The notes below the pieces were generated by a model. That model saw only the letters and a list, made by a program, of their open reading frames with translations, had not been told where the DNA came from and did not search any database. From positions 1-64,000 of the forward strand of contig CAWFKQ010000010.1 of NCBI GenBank assembly GCA_963816395.1: 64,000 bases of DNA. Direction: 5' to 3'. Shown piece after piece: positions 63,626 through 64,000 of this stretch (position 1 is its first letter; every line of letters begins with the position of its first letter). The translations under genes were made by a program, and so were the position numbers. Source of the DNA: an uncultured delta proteobacterium (GTDB taxonomy: Bacteria > Desulfobacterota > Desulfuromonadia > Desulfuromonadales > JACZKF01).

Positions 63626-63635
63626 GAGGGAATCG

Positions 63636-64000
63636 ATGCTGTATCACCTGCTCTATCCACTGCATACCGAATTTTCGGTTCTGTACATTTTCCGGTACAT
63701 TACCTTCCGCACCATTTACGCCACCATTACGGCGCTGGTAATCTCCTTCATCCTCGGCCCCTGGCTGATCAACAAGCTCTCCAGCCTGCAGATCGGCCAG
63801 AGCATCCGCAAGCTGGGGCCGGAGTCGCACTTCAAGAAAGAGGGGACGCCGACCATGGGCGGCACCCTGATCCTGCTGGCGATCGTCCTGCCGACCCTGC
63901 TCTGGGCCGACCTCGCCAACATCTACGTCTGGGTGACGCTGCTGGTGACCGTCGGTTTTGGCGTGGTCGGTTTCGTCGATGATTTCCGCAAGGTGCGCAA
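63636..64000 (+). CDS. mraY: Phospho-MurNAc-pentapeptide transferase (partial, runs off the window)
   Basis: [28 protein letters not shown] and GFVDD. Confidence 0.96.
   Translation, partial: MLYHLLYPLHTEFSVLYIFRYITFRTIYATITALVISFILGPWLINKLSSLQIGQSIRKLGPESHFKKEGTPTMGGTLILLAIVLPTLLWADLANIYVWVTLLVTVGFGVVGFVDDFRKVR

Overview
GC-rich bacterial chromosomal segment whose gene content and order point to Desulfuromonadales (Desulfuromonas/Geobacter-like); this assignment is inference. It is mostly core genome: an A2-type heme-copper oxidase operon (sco-coxACDB-cyoE), an EF-P locus (kamA/epmB, epmA, efp, plus an EfpL/YeiP-type paralogue), a tandem-Cache kinase and sigma54 regulator beside a SatP-like channel, uvrC, fba, speD, TPP riboswitch-thiED-thiC, alr-ASKHA-purHDE, ccsB/ccsA, the ffh-rpsP-rimM-trmD-rplS cluster, nadE, ligA and the start of the dcw cluster. 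About 15 genes, including essential ligA and ftsI, carry frameshifts that most likely reflect indel errors in the assembly. No rRNA, tRNA, CRISPR array, transposase or prophage was recognised. The main unexplained signals are four. (1) About ten transcript-oriented heptamer/octamer repeat tracts sit at gene junctions or in leaders, two of them translated into protein termini and one a perfect (GATAGCC)9 just before uvrC. (2) A complete sigma54 circuit is readable in the DNA (-24/-12 box, IHF site, three TTCGC-N5-TGCAAA sites) and links a putative carboxylate-sensing system to a divergent SatP. (3) Two EF-P types, the beta-lysylation enzymes and a B12 radical SAM enzyme are co-located. (4) A 44-aa membrane protein with its own promoter lies inside that locus.
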